Below, piece by piece: positions 50,820 to 64,000 of a DNA stretch of 64,000 nucleotides (positions within the stretch are counted from its first letter, which is position 1; every line of letters begins with the position of its first letter). Under the pieces are notes generated by a model, which searched no databases, was not told where the DNA came from, and saw nothing but the letters and a program-made list of their open reading frames with translations. Origin of the DNA: Camelus ferus (taxonomy: Eukaryota); contig NC_045696.1 in the NCBI RefSeq assembly GCF_009834535.1, forward strand, positions 106,580,001 to 106,644,000. Reading direction: 5' to 3'. The position numbers were made by a program, and so were the translations under genes.

Positions 50820-51385
50820 CCCAGTTCTTTGGTAAAGGTTACTTTGGAGACAAATGGATCTTGGCATAGAATACCTGGGTGCATACTTGATGACCAGAAG
50901 TTGTACAGGAAAGGAAAAAAATTCAGATTTTACTGTATGATTTAGCTGTGTTAGTGTTTAAATGATTATAATAATGTCAACACAGAATACTAATCTAACC
51001 AAAACTAAGATTAACTCTAGTAGGAGGTTCATGAATGAGAAGGGTACTTGTGTACGGTTGACCAGAAAGTAGGAAAGAGATCTAAGTCCCCATCTCTCTT
51101 ACAGAGAGGCCAGTTAATCCTCATCTTTGAGAAAGGGAAGTCAGCAAATGATGCCTAAAGTGGAAAAATCATGCATTTGCAATATAGATGTGTTACTTAG
51201 AAACATAGAGGTAAATCCTAAGATAATCAGCTAGAACGGGAGAAAGCGATTGCCTGTGGGGAGATGGAAGAAAGAGATGGAGAAAGGGCCTGCTGTTTTG
51301 TTTTATTTTTTAAATAACATACTTTATAGAACTAGCTGAAACTTTAAATGTTGGGTATGCAAAACTTTGATTTAAAATAAAAAAA
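50820..51385 (+). mobile_element. HAL1/L1ME-like 3' remnant
   Basis: ATAATGTCAACACAGAATACTAATCTAACCAAAA resembles 48835-48870; ends ACTTTGATTTAAAATAAAAAA. Confidence 0.55.
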
Positions 51386-51554
51386 TAACATAACGTTATA
51401 AAGGGGAAAATGAAAGGAAAATAAATCATGCTGACTCCCTTTCATTTGTCCTAAAATGACTAAACAGAAAAGGCAATAGCCCCAGATACAACAGTAGTAA
51501 CAGTAATAGCCACAACACCAAGGCCGCATCTGTTAAGGCTTTGCTGAGAAAGTG

Positions 51555-52220
51555 TATTCATTCGATAAGCACTTATGGAACACCTCCTAAGCGCCAAGCC
51601 AGGACGATCATGATGGTCAAGGTTCCCATTCATAGATTTTACATTCTAGTGGAGTAGATGGAAAAACACATGAGCAATGAAATAAATAGGATTATTTCCT
51701 ATAATGTGAGTACTTTGAGAAAAATACAGGGTAATGGTCTAGAGAGTAACTAGGAGGAAGGAATGATTACTTAGACTGTGTAGTCAGGGAAGGCCTCTTT
51801 AAAGAAGTGAGGTTTGAGCTCAGACCTGAGCAACGAAGAGATAGCCATGAGAAAGGCAGCGGTAACTGAATGTGTAAAGGCCCTGAGGCAGGGATAAACT
51901 TGATATGTTTGAGGAATGGTCCAGCAGCCAATGCAACCAGATTGTGGTGAGCAAGAGAGAGGAAGCATGTGATGAGGTATATAAGGTAAATTTTATGCTA
52001 GATTTGAGGGAAAGTTCTAAGAATTTTTAGGGGAGTAGTAATAGGATCTGATTTACACTTAAAAAAAAAATCAGTCCTGTCTGGGTGAAGGCTGAATTGG
52101 GGCAAGAAATGGAAAGAGGGGGCAAGAGTGGGGTAGGAGGATTAGTTTGGAGACTCTTACAGAATTTGGGACAGGGTGTAGGCTGTGGAGGTAGAGAGAA
52201 GTGGGCAGATTTGGGGTAGG
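51555..52220 (-). mobile_element. LINE-2 3' remnant
   Basis: ATTCATTCGATAAGCACTTATGGAACACC...GTCAGGGAAGGCCTCT...GTAAAGGCCCTGAGGCAGG. Confidence 0.85.
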
Positions 52221-53097
52221 AATCTCAATTTAATGGAATTCTAAAGGGCAACTAAGAGGTTGATGGGGTCACCTCCGAAGGAGTGGGGCAGAAGAAAGAA
52301 CGTCTGCTTCTGCATTTGGTTCCTCAAATTCCCAGTCTCCCTTTGACATATGTGAACAGAAGCTCTAGTCAGGGGCAGCTGAGGGACCTGAGTGATTATA
52401 CAGGGAATAAAGACTTGCCAAATTGCTTTAAACTCAGCCCATCTCCATCCTGGCTTTCACCACACTTGACGTGAACGTGTAACTGAGCTTGTAAATAACT
52501 GCGCTTGGAGGCAGAGCTGGGAATTACGCCCCTCTAGACAGCTATTCAGAAGCTGAGAGAATAGAGCCCACTTGCTGTAATGCTATGCATTAAAAAGCAC
52601 TTATGCTGCTAAAACCAGCATTAGAATTGCACATAAACATCGCTGTCATGCTCTCAATGGGACTCTGGAGTCCAAGCGGGACTCTCAGAGCCTGCGGAGG
52701 GGAGAAAAGCCATCTCAGGCGGTGCAATGATCTCTCTCCCCGACGGCCCACCGAGCAACACCGCCTCTCACTTGCGGAGAAACCTCCCCATAAATGGGGA
52801 GAAAAATGAGCTTATTTCCAAGCCAAGATTAAACTGGGTCCACACTGTGTGGAGATGATGGGTCTCCAAGAGAAGAGAAATGAAAACAAGGCAAGAAAGT
52901 ACATTCATCCTGGGGAGGTGGGCAGGTCGGTCCAGGTGTTCCTGGGAGTTCCGTGCAGTGTCCTACACATGCCCAGCACAGAGCAAGCTGTCATGGATGG
53001 ATGTGAGAGCCACATGCTTCCAAAGCTCTAGTCTCAATAACCCTTTAGTCATTCAGTTTCTGTTTAAGCATCGAATGAATCGAATGGGCCAAGTCTC

Positions 53098-53128
<31 letters not shown>

Positions 53129-53145
53129 AAGAAAGAAAAAAGAAA
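53098..53145. repeat. A29 run followed by (GAAA)n
   Basis: Direct reading of the sequence. Confidence 0.95.
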
Positions 53146-54628
53146 GGCACCGGGCATCAGGTGTGGGCAGTTGGCTGCATACAGACTACATCCATCTCAT
53201 TCTGGTAATTCATTCCCTAATGTGATCCACAGTCAAGAATTATCCATGACCAAACAGAAGGAAGTAAATCAAGATCAAACAGTTGTCTGGGGTATCTCTA
53301 CTGGACCACTAAGGAAATAATTGCTGGGATTAGCCTGCTGTTCAAATAATTGTCAACTCTCAAATTTACTTGATTCTTAAAAAAATTAAAAGAGATATTT
53401 CTGAAACATCAAATGCCCAGCTGGGGGTGGGGGGGACAGGAAAACCTTGGACTAAGAACGCTGCCCTAATGTGGGAGCAGCCTGTCTGTACTGTGCCTCA
53501 TTACTCATCTATAGGAAGGAACCAAATTACTACCAGTCTTGAGAGGAGAACACAAGGACAAATAATATGTAAGAACACTCTACTTCAGGTCCACAGGGTG
53601 TGAAACTCATGGAAGAGAAAAAATTGTCAAAAACAAACACACATATCCCTCTCAACCCTTGAAGCAGATTTTTGTCACTCAGAAAGCCCTTCACTGGCCT
53701 TTGTCTTTACTGCCAACATGATTCTTACTTTATCTATAGTTATCAGTAACTTATATATGGTTCTGCAACGAATTAAAAGCAACATATATTAAGGAAATGT
53801 GGACCTTTAAGACAAACACATGACATTAACTAGAAAAAAGATGGAAAGCTCAAATCAGACATAAATGTATCCAACCTCATGTTTTATTTGTGTATCTAAA
53901 AGAGATACAGAAGAAGAAGGAAGAAAAAGAGACAGCAAAATTATATCACCCCTTGGCAAGAGCCAGCAAGACCTGGTTAAGTTATGTTTCTGGTCTTCCC
54001 TTCCTGAAGACAAAAAAAGCATGTCAAACTTTTCAGAAATTTAGCAAAAGAATGTCTAAGGTCAAAAAGTTTTAGGCATTTCAGTGGCACATTTCTGGAA
54101 ATGTTCTCTGTCTTTATCTAGATGGATTTACTCGGGTGCATACTTATATAAAAAATTAGCTGTATGCTGGAAACTAACACAATATTGTAAATCAACTGTA
54201 CTTTAGTTTTAAAAAAATTGAGCCATTAATATAAGATTTGTTGATTTATTCTGTGTATGTTATACCTCAGTTTAAAAAAAAGTCCTAAACAATTAGGGAT
54301 TAAATTCTAGAAAAATTCATTTACCTGGGACATCTTATTTCCTGGGGTTGCCAGATAAATGATCATTTTGTTTCTTATACATGTTCATTGTAAAAGTAGC
54401 CACCACTGGTGAAGCACTTACCAAGTACTGTACCCTTTGCCGATTGCTTTGTAGTAAGCTTATTATTTAATATTCACAAATTCCCTGTCCTTAGTAAGAA
54501 CTGAGGTTCAAAGAGGCTAAAGTGTACGATGTGTAACAACAGAAAACTGTATCTGTGATGCTGGCCCATCTGTCTTCTGAATCATTGTATTCCTGGTACA
54601 TAGCCTGATGTCTGGGATTCAGTAGGTA

Positions 54629-54848
54629 CAGATGACACTTGAATAATGTGGGTTTGAACTGCACAGATCCACTTAGACTCAGATTTTTTTTTTCAGTACT
54701 AAATACTGTAGTACTATATGATCTGGGGTTGGTTGAATCCAAGGATGTGAAATTGTGAGTACAGGGAGCCGGCCATGAAGTTTTACACAGATTTCAACTG
54801 CTCAGGAGGTCGGCATCCTTGACCCCTACAGTGCTCAAGGGTCAACTC
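54629..54848. mobile_element. Tigger2-family (Tc1/mariner) MITE
   Basis: Degenerate TIRs CAGATGACACTTGAA / CTCAAGGGTCAACTC, flanked by TA at 54627-54628 and 54849-54850. Confidence 0.85.
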
Positions 54849-55539
54849 TACTCAACAAATGTTTGTAAAATGAAAAATACTTTGTACAATGTCATGTAAA
54901 TGAATATTGAAAGATCCCGGCATGGACCTCGAGTTGACTCCAAAGACCATGTTCTTAACTAGTCCACAATATCCCTCTCAAATGAGACACGTGAATCTGC
55001 GTATTAGCCTAAAACAATTATCAGCCAAGGTTAGGAACACCTAATGGAGGTATACCGTACCAACAAAAAAGTGTATAAAACATAGCTATAAGTTTAAAGA
55101 AGAATAACAAAGTGAACCATCAATGCGTCACCACATGTGACATCATCAGTACATTAGGGGCCCTGCAGGTGCCTTCCTTGACTGCATCTCCACCCCAGAT
55201 CACTAGAGGTGCCCATACCTGGATTTTGTGTTTATTAATCCTCTGCCTTTCTAGCATGTTGGTATCTTTAAACTCTGTAGTACTTTGTTTTGCCTGCTTT
55301 TTAACTCTAAGTGGCAGGTAACCTTTCTGCTGCTCTCACTACATCGATCTTTAACTTTGTTGACTTATTCAGTTCATTAGTTTCTGCATTCCTCTAATCC
55401 ATCAGCTCCTATATTTCATGTTTATTAGTAATTAAATTTAGTAATTACATTTAGTAATTTAAAATGTAGTCATTCTGTTCCTCATATCATCATCTTTTAA
55501 ATCTCTTTCTCTTTTCATTGACCCTCTCTAGCAGGATAC

Positions 55540-55703
55540 TTTGGGCTGATTTATAGCTCTTGCTGATTTCCTCGATGTAAATTTTCTCACAGTGGCTGGC
55601 TAATTTCAAGCTATCACCATGATGCCACTGAACACAGAGCTGGGAAAAAATGCACAAAATAGGCCCCTGTGAGCTGGTACGAGCCAACTCCAGTACATCC
55701 CTG
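55540..55703 (-). mobile_element. MER63-like hAT fragment
   Basis: Minus strand CAGGGATGTACTGGAGTTGGCTCGTACCAGCTC...TTCAGTGGCATCA...TAGCTTGAAATT matches the recalled MER63 5' end. Confidence 0.7.
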
Positions 55704-55891
55704 AACCTGCAACACAAAACCTCAACCCTGGCTGAACACAACTAAACATTTTCTCCCTCATTGTGCCTAAATGTCCTTATGTTCTTTTACACCAGAGTAA
55801 CCAGTTGGGCCAAACTGGAACAGAAATCAGAGGGGAAAGGAATCTTTGTATAGTCCTTGCAGGTCAGCACCTTCAGGGCAGAGAACAGGGC

Positions 55892-56399
55892 TGTATTTGT
55901 TTCCTTTTTCTGCTGCTACAAATTACCACAAACTTAGTGCTTAACCAACAGAAATTTATTCTCTTATAGTTCTGGAGATCAGAGGTCCAAAAGGAGTCTT
56001 ACAGAGCTAAAACCCAGGTGTCAACAGAGCTGCCCTCCTTCCAGAGGTTCTCGGGGACAGTCAGTTTCCTTGCTTTGTCCAGAGTCTAGCGCTGCCTTCC
56101 TTGGCTCATGGGCTCTTTCCTCATCTTCGAAGCCAGAGGTGGACATCTTCTCCCTCTGACTCTGCTCCTCTCTGCTTCTTTCTCGTTGCCTTCTTCTCTT
56201 CCGTGTCAAATCTCCTTCTGTCTCTCTCTGATAAAGACACTCTAATTGCATTGAGAGATAATTCAGGATAATCTCCCCATCTCAAAATCCTTAACTTCAT
56301 CGCATCTGCAAACTTCTTTTTGCCAAATAAGCCACCATTTGCAGGTGCCAGAGATTATGATCTGGATATCTTTGAGGGTACATTATTCAGTCTCCCACA
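55892..56399 (-). mobile_element. MaLR solo LTR (MLT1C/D-like)
   Basis: TG...CA termini; TSD AGGGC / AGGAC (one mismatch). Confidence 0.85.
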
Positions 56400-57981
56400 A
56401 GGACGGAGGAAGGCAAATAGTGGATCTGAAAGAGCAAATGGAAGCGACCCAACACCCCTTTACCCCACAAGCATCCCTTCTTAATCCTTCCTTTAGTGAA
56501 AAGTTCTTGTGTCTGGTCCCATACCATTGTAGAGTGATATCAATTTGTTCATACTCCCTCCTGAAACCTAAAATATTAGTCACTAGCAACAGTCTTTACA
56601 TATGATAGCGTTAGGAGGAGAAACAATAGCTCATCATAGAGACAATTAAAGGCGTAGTTTCAATAGTCCCTATTTCTATAGCTGGTCTTGAGGACCACAT
56701 TGATGATCAAAGATGCCAAGGAATTTAGGCTTCTTGCTACTTCTAGGGTCCATCTAGCAGCAGTGGGTTCAGTTCACATGATGTTGTGAATATAACAAAG
56801 CAGGATGAGTTTCTGCGGGATGAATGAAGCCCCTGCACGACACAACTGTGGCACCAGGAGGGCATGGGGGACGATCCTAATCATCACTTCTTGGCATAAG
56901 GCACGAGTCCTCTCTAATATCTCTCCAAATAAAAGAAAGCCTGTCAGACCCAGCCCAAGGTGTGAGGGATGAGTGTGGGTAATCAGCTCCAAGGGTCTTT
57001 TATCTCACCATTGGGGGTGGGTGGGTAGGATAAACCGGTTCTGCAAGTTTGCCTCTGAGTCTTTCTATCTCACACCCAGAGAAGTCATTTTTGAACTTAA
57101 GAGCCATAATTTGCTGCCATTGTCTATCTGGATTCCTAGTGACCCCTTGTCCCAAGGCGGTATCTGATTCTTGTCTAACTGGGTTGGCGGGGGATGAGGG
57201 AAAGTCCTTCAGGGCATGAGGGGAAATTCATTGAATGGAGAGCAGGAGTGGGTGGCTGGGAGCACATCAATGAACTCTTTGAAATAGTATCCACACCATC
57301 TCTCATTTGCACACCCCCCTCCAGGGTTTGCTCCCATTCCTCTTCCCCATTCTCAGCCAAACCTGGTTGAAATCTCTTCATTCCCTCACCTGCCATTCAC
57401 TCTTCCACCCACTCCATTCTGACCGCCACTGCATCTCTCCACCCACAGCTCCCTCTGTGTTACCTCGGACCCCTGTGTCTCCCTGTGGACGTGTTTCCAT
57501 TCTCATCTTACTTGCCTTCTCAGCAACACTCTTTCCCCGCTCAATTGTTGGACTGTCTCTGTTTGCCACTCCAGTTCTGCCCTTCATCCTTTCCACCCTA
57601 TCCTAGGCTGCTGACTTCTAAGCATGACGTCAACAGACCTGCATACCTTTTAACTAACAGTTAGGTTTGGCCAATGAAAGTCCAGGCAGGAGCTCAGGGG
57701 GAGAGAGGAGAGAAAGGTCAAGGTGTTTATTCCTTTGGCTTTCCCCCCACCAGGCTCCACTGGGCAATTGGTGGGCAGCCCACTCTGACAGCCACAGCTC
57801 TCTTGGGTTTAGGGAACCCCTCCCTCCCCTTTTGCCCTATGGCTGATAAAACCAGCCTGCTCCTGGCCCTCCTGGGTTGCTTCAATATTCCTTGTCTGTA
57901 CTCCTTAACGTTGCTCACTCCTTTGTAGATAATTCTTTAAACACTTATATTTTCATGTGCTAATATATATCGATTTCCTTT

Positions 57982-58027
57982 TTTGTTTAATTGAAATATA
58001 GTCAGTTACAATGTGTCATTTTCTGGT
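57982..58027 (-). mobile_element. 46-bp L1 extreme 3' end insertion
   Basis: TTTAATTGAAATATAGTCAGTTACAATGTGTC flanked by perfect TCGATTTCCTTT at 57970-57981 and 58028-58039. Confidence 0.85.
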
Positions 58028-58039
58028 TCGATTTCCTTT

Positions 58040-59322
58040 CTTGAAACACATTTTTCACCTGGCCTCCATCACACTCTCCTGCTTTCATCCAACCTTTCTG
58101 TCCACTCCTCCTCTGTCCCCTTGACAGGTTTCATCTATTCACCAAACCATAAAATTTGGAATTTTGTAAGTCCTCAGCCCTCTTTTCTTCCTACTGTGTT
58201 CCATTCTAAGGAACTTTCTTCGATATCCTCATCTTCAATAATTACCTATAGGCCAGCGGCTCATGAACTCATGTCTCCAACCACATCTGTTCTTTGAGAT
58301 CCAACTCATGTCTTCAGCTTCTTTTTTAACTATGGCTTCATTGGTTCAATGAATGAATATTTTTTGAGAGTCTGTAATGTTCTCAATGTATTCTTGGGTG
58401 TTTAAAAGGGCCTCCAACCACTTGTCCAAACTGAATCCATGATTTCGCACTCCTTCCTCTAACCCTTTTTTCTTCCACTTTTCCTTACCCCTGTGAGTGG
58501 TCCCAACACAGTCCATCCAATCCCTCAACCAGGAACCTAGGAGACCTTTGGTTCTCTTTTTTGATGGCTCCCCTTTTCTCATTCTCCTTCACTAACTCAT
58601 CATCACATCTTATCATATTATCCCCTAAATATCTTTTGAATCTAATCAATTTTCTCTGTCTCTGCTACCACTACCATAGTGCGAGCTGCAACCATTTCTC
58701 ACCTGTACACACTAACAGCGGGAATCCTTTCTTGTTCTCCTACTCCAGTAAATAGGGAACTTATCGAGTTCTAAGCTCTAATCATGCTAGATCCAGCCCC
58801 TGCTTAAAATCTTCCAGTGCCTCTGCTTGCTCTTATGCACTGAGGTCTGCCTCCTGCCCACCCCTCCAGCCTCTTTTCAAACCATGCCCTCTCCAGCACC
58901 AGTTAGTGAATAACTAGCCCCTCTTGTCTACCTTCATTTCCCAGACTTGATGTGATTCCTCTGCCTACAGAGACTTGACCCTTACCATTGCCTTTGTTTA
59001 GAATTCTTTCCCCACCACCCCACCTCACTCAGTAACATACTTTATCTCTTAGCCCTCAGCTAAAATGTCCTTAAAGATGCCTTCCCTGGCTCCTCTTTCA
59101 AAACAACATCACCCTGCTATCAGCTGTCAAAGCACCAGGTACCTCTTCTTCAAACCACTTATCACAGTTGTAATTTTACATTTACGTGCATGCTGTTTTG
59201 AATAATAGACTGCAATGATACAAGAGTTGAGGAACCACATGTATTTTGTTCAACATCACATTCACCAGAGCCTGGCACACAGCAGGTGCTCAATAAATAT
59301 TTGTGAACAGAAAGAATGAAGG
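58040..59322 (+). mobile_element. LINE-2 remnant with 3' end
   Basis: Pyrimidine-rich L2 body; ends GCCTGGCACACAGCAGGTGCTCAATAAATATTTGTGAA. Confidence 0.8.
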
Positions 59323-60544
59323 AAGAGATTCATTGAAAATGAGGCTTACAATGGTTTAAGAAAAAGATCCAGGTTTACATTAGTGTTGTTTCTCCCTTAA
59401 TGCAACTTCTCAAAGGTTTTGGAAGAAGTCAGGTGGTTCTGTAAATGTTGGTGCCACAAGACAACCACCTTGGCCCATGAGATAATTCTGAGTGGTGTTC
59501 ACTTTGCTAATCTATCAATTAGTTCCTAAAGCCTCAAAAGGAAAATATTTTATTACTTAATCTCCCAAACATGGGCTACATGGACAAGAACTATATAGTA
59601 TTTAATGATTTATTTACATTCCTTAGTTTTATTTTATTAAAGCAACAAGACATTAAACTTTAAATTAGAATTCAATTACAGCAAGGTTTGAGAAAACAGA
59701 AATATCAAATTATGATCAGGCACTCATGTCTGACGATTTAGTATCAGTCACAACTTGGCCTAATTTATTTCTCTTAAAGACTTAAACAGGAATTTTCCTT
59801 TGAATTCCCTGGATGCTTTACCTTCATGTTGGCGTTTGCCCATGGTACATTAAGAATGCTAGAATTCTGGCCACCTCTGCCTTGAAAACCTTGGAAGGCA
59901 ATGCAAGATAATCTCTCACCTCTAATTTGACTTCCTTCTAACTTAATCAGGAGAGATCAAAGTTTCCCTCCTAGGAATCCCAATTATGAGTGATAACTAG
60001 CATTTACTGATTTTATGTGTAAAATGTCACGTATTCACAGCATTTACAGCTAATTATGCGCCAAACACTGTCCTGGCATTTTATACAAACTTTCCTCCTT
60101 TAACTCTTTCAATTGCTTTTTAAGGTAGGTATGCATAACATTTACATTTTCCAGATGGGGATATTGAGGCTCAGGTCCTTATAGCTATAACGGCCCCCAA
60201 GCCTTAGAGCTAGTACTTATTAGGGCCAAAAATCAATCTTGGAAATTCTTGCCCTGAGGCTCTTATTCTTAAGACCTTTAACACTGAGTTCTTGCATCCT
60301 TTGCGGTCAAGCTGAAAAGAAATTCTTTTCAGTGCATCTGCACAAATGCTCTCTAATGTGAAATCCTGTGAATTTTTTTTTTTCCTAGTTGGAAATATAT
60401 AATTTCCTACTGTCTTTTGCTTTAACTGTAAGTGTTTTGAAGCATTCATGAGCTTTCTAAAAATGTCTTGATAAAATCCAGCCAATCAAGAGATGAACTG
60501 AATAAAGAAATAACAATTTATATTCTTAAAAATAAAGAGCTAAA

Positions 60545-60832
60545 TCACAGACATAGAGAACAAACTAGTGGTTATTAGCAGGGAGAGGGAAGGAGTGTAG
60601 GGCAATATAGTGGTAGGGGAGTAAGAGGTGCACAATCTTAGGTATAAAATAAGCAACGAGGACGTACTGTACAACACAGGGAATATAGGCAATATTTTAC
60701 AATAACCATAAATGGAGTATAAACTTTAAAAATCGTGAATCACTATATTACACAACTGTAACTTATAAAATATTGTACAGCAACTATAAAAAATCAATAA
60801 AAAGTCAGAAATTAAAAATAAAGTAAAAAAAA
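60545..60832 (+). mobile_element. Short L1 3' end
   Basis: CACAGACATAGAGAACAAACTAGTGG...GTACAACACAGGGAATATAG...A-rich tail. Confidence 0.85.
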
Positions 60833-61926
60833 TAAATCATGCAATCAGGAAAACACAAAAGCGGTTTAACAGTTTGGAACTGCGCCTGGAATGCAGACTT
60901 TTGAAAATAATTCTAATTTAAAATTCAACACGTTGTCTACGTAGAGATTTTGGAAACTGCCTAAAGTGAATTTGTGTTGATTTCTTTACTGTCCTTCACA
61001 CACATGTGCTGCAGAGCTGACATTGTATTGTCCCTTGCCTTTTCACTTACTACATAGCAAGTGTTTGCCCATGTCTTTAAACAATATTTGACAGTATTAT
61101 TTCAACAGTTGCATAGTAAAGCATATGTGTGTGGATTCCCCATAATTTACTTAAAAAAAAACTAAAAAATAAAAGGAAATTGTGATAAACAAACTGGTAC
61201 TGGGCATTGAATCCCAATGACATTAAATAAGGGTTACATAAAAACTGAGACAAGGAAACTACGGGGGTTATGTTACACTCCTGGATGAAGTAAGAACAAT
61301 AAGGGTAGATTTGGAAGGTGGAGACAATGAGAAGAGGAAAAGTAAGTAGGCGAATTTCCTCAATTTTTTGACCAATGAATCAATCAATGCTGCTTGAAAT
61401 GTAAAAACCTATTTTCTTTTAAAAGGTTATGACCCCAGCCTCTAAAAGTGTTTCTTAATCTTTGTACTCAATCCTAGGGCTCTATTTAAGGAAATCTTTT
61501 CTAGTGAAGAAGCATTTAGCTAAAGTTCAGGCATTTCTTCAGCTTCATTTTGGCTTCTTTTTCTTCTTGAAATTCAATTAAGTTTCAGTGTAATATTTTT
61601 TTCTTAAAATTAATGTATAAAATTACTTTATCTTTATAGACTATATCTCATGTTCATTCTTTCTCACTCATAAAGACATGTATGAAATGAAGTCTATCTA
61701 TGTTAACAATGATTATTTTGGGGTGGTGGAATCTGGGAATACCTTCTTACATCACCACAATTCCATCGTCACAGCTAACAGAACTGACAGTAATAGCTTG
61801 ACCTCATGTAATACCTAGTCCATGGGAAATATTCCCCAACTGTCCCCAAAATGATTTCTTTAAATCAGATACCTGTCAAGGACTACACACTGCATTTCAT
61901 TGTTACGCCTATTAAGTCTTTTTTAA

Positions 61927-62862
61927 ATTATTTTTTATTTTTGGGGTATTTCTTTTTTTTTAATTAAAAATTTTTTAATTGAAGTGTAGTTGATTTACAA
62001 TGCTGTGTTAATTTCTGGTGGACAACATAGTGATTCAGTTATACATACATATATTATATATATTCTTTTTGAGATTCTTTTCCATTATAGGGTATTATAA
62101 TACAGTTTCTTGTATGCTACAGTAGGACTTTGTTGTTTATCTGTTTTATATATAGTAGTTTGTATCTGCTAATCCCAAATTCCTAATTTATCCCTCCTTC
62201 TTTTTCCCTCCTGGTAACCATAAGTGTATTTTCTATGTCTGTGAGGCTGTTTCTGTTTTATAAATAAGTTCATTTTTGTCATTTTTTAAAGAGTTCACAT
62301 ATAAGTGATATCATGTGATATTTGTTTTCTCTGACTTACTTCACTTAGTATGATAATCTCTAGGTCCATCCATGTTGCTGCAGATGGCAATATTTTATTC
62401 TTTTTTATGGCTGAGCAGTATTCCATTGTATATATGTAAATAAATATAATGTTTATATATTTATATAGATATATTATATATTTATACATTTAAAAAATAT
62501 ATTTATATAGAAATGTTTTATATATATATATATATATACACGCACACACACACCACATCTTCTTTATCCAGTCATTTGTGTATGGACATTTAAGTTGCTT
62601 CCATGTCTTGGCTACTGTAAACAGTGCTGCTATGAACATTGGGATGCAGGTAGCTTTTCAAATTAGAGTTTTCTTAGGACTAGGATTGCTGGATCATATG
62701 ATAACTGTATTTTTAGCTTTTTGAGAACCTCCATACTGTTCTCCATGGTGGCTGCACCAATTTACATTCCCACCAACTGTGTAGGAGGGTTCCTTTTTCT
62801 CCACACCCACTCCAGCATTCATCGTTTGTGGATTTTTTTGATTATGGCCATTCTGACCAGTG
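61927..62862 (-). mobile_element. 5'-truncated L1 nested in an older L1MC-like fragment (about 61750-63700)
   Basis: ORF2 end (TMEYCSAIKKNKILPSAATWMDLEIIILSEVSQ) with an internal AT-rich expansion; TSD TAAGTCTTTTTTAA (61913) / TAAGTCTCTTTCAA (62863). Confidence 0.9.
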
Positions 62863-63714
62863 TAAGTCTCTTTCAATGTACAGCAACCTCCTTCCCTTTT
62901 GTTTTCCTTAACAGTGATTCATGGAGACCAGGCCAGCTGGCCTTTAGAATGTCCCACCTTATGGACTTTTGATCCCTTGTGGTACTGTTTGACTGTTCCC
63001 CTAGCCTCTGTATTTCTTGTAAATGCAAAGTTAGAACTAAAGGCTTGATTAGATTCCATCTAAGTAGTTCAGGCAAGTCTACGTCACAGCTGATGTCCTT
63101 TATGTTGCTTCATCACAGAAGGTGCAGCTGTCTGGCTGTCCCCCTGCTGATGCCCAGATAGAGTGCTGACCCCTCCTTTGTAAAGTTATGCTTTCCCCCT
63201 TGGAATCCAGGAGGTGACATTTGAGCACTGACACCTGTTCCCCTTTGGTTTTTGCATCCTTCAATGATCCATGACTGAATCACTTCTCTTATTAGGGGTT
63301 GCAAAGTCGTGACTTTCTAACTCCGTAAGTCCATCTATTATCAGCTAAGATTTTACTGTAAAGAAGAATGTTCTTTCATCTTCTGGGGCTAGGTGGTTAC
63401 CCTGGAATACAGCTCCCACTTGAAAGGCCTGATAATACCTAATTCTTTCCCAGTAATTACAAATTTTACAAGTAAGGAATTGATGTAATAGCTTTCTCTG
63501 ATGATGAGAAATCACTTTTTTTGTCTTTTCTCTTTTGAGTATCATTATAGACTGATGGATTTTTATATATTCAATTTGCAGTTATCACGCATTTGATACT
63601 TAAATTACCCCAACTTTGACCAGTAAGAAACCCTTCAAGCTGATATCTGTATCCTTTTGACATAACTCCATTTTTCTTTGAAAGCTTGCTTGATTTCTGG
63701 CTCAAGAGACTTGG

Positions 63715-64000
63715 TTTTTATTATTTATTTATTTATGTATTTATTTATGTATTTATTTATTTAAGTCTTTTTTTTCACCACTCCAAATTTATTTTCCATC
63801 CATCACCATAGAGTTGACCCCGTTTACCCACTTCATCCTTCTCCTTCCCCTTCCCCTCTAGTAACCGCTACTCTGTTCTTTGTATCTATGTATGTGTTCG
63901 TTTTTGTTTGGTTTGTTCATTCATTTTGTTTTTGTTTGTTTATTAGTTTTTATATTCCACATATGAGTGAAATTATACAGTATCTGTCTTTCTCCATCTG
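63715..64000 (-). mobile_element. L1 3' end with (TTTA)n tail, running off the window end
   Basis: CCCCTCTAGTAACCGCTACTCTGTTC...TATATTCCACATATGAGTGAAATTATACAG. Confidence 0.8.

Noticed and set aside
59600..59645. Minus-strand AATAAA cluster as a possible gene 3' end
   Set aside because: The AT-rich context makes such hexamers common, and no upstream exon was identified.
1..64000. The many 60-160 aa ORFs in the six-frame track
   Set aside because: Apart from L1-derived frames they show no recognisable domains, often start at GTG/TTG, overlap repeats and form no coherent exon chain; they are consistent with chance ORFs.

Overview
This is mammalian, repeat-rich non-coding DNA, most likely from a camelid. 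That assignment rests on tRNA-Ala-derived SINEs resembling camelid Vic-1 and cetartiodactyl-type L1 3' ends; I recognised no Alu, B1, BovB/Bov-A, PRE-1 or CAN SINEs. No host protein-coding exon could be supported. The only genuine protein-like ORF is the C-terminal part of L1 ORF2 (22162-22947) in a young, 5'-truncated L1. The rest is a layered record of L1/HAL1, L2, MIR, MaLR LTRs and DNA-transposon MITEs, separated by unique stretches that may be regulatory. The most interesting observations are: (1) a tRNA-Lys(UUU) copy apparently inserted as an unprocessed precursor (short leader, no CCA, 93-nt trailer, no poly-A) between 12-bp direct repeats; (2) a TSD-flanked, polyadenylated retrocopy of an unidentified RNA 3' end; (3) a perfect 87-bp tandem duplication that begins with a hairpin; (4) a divergent pair of CTCF-like motifs; (5) candidate enhancers with POU, homeobox and HRE motif clusters. 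I found no evidence of a new multi-gene system. Repeat family names come from recalled consensus sequences, and boundaries lacking TSDs are approximate.
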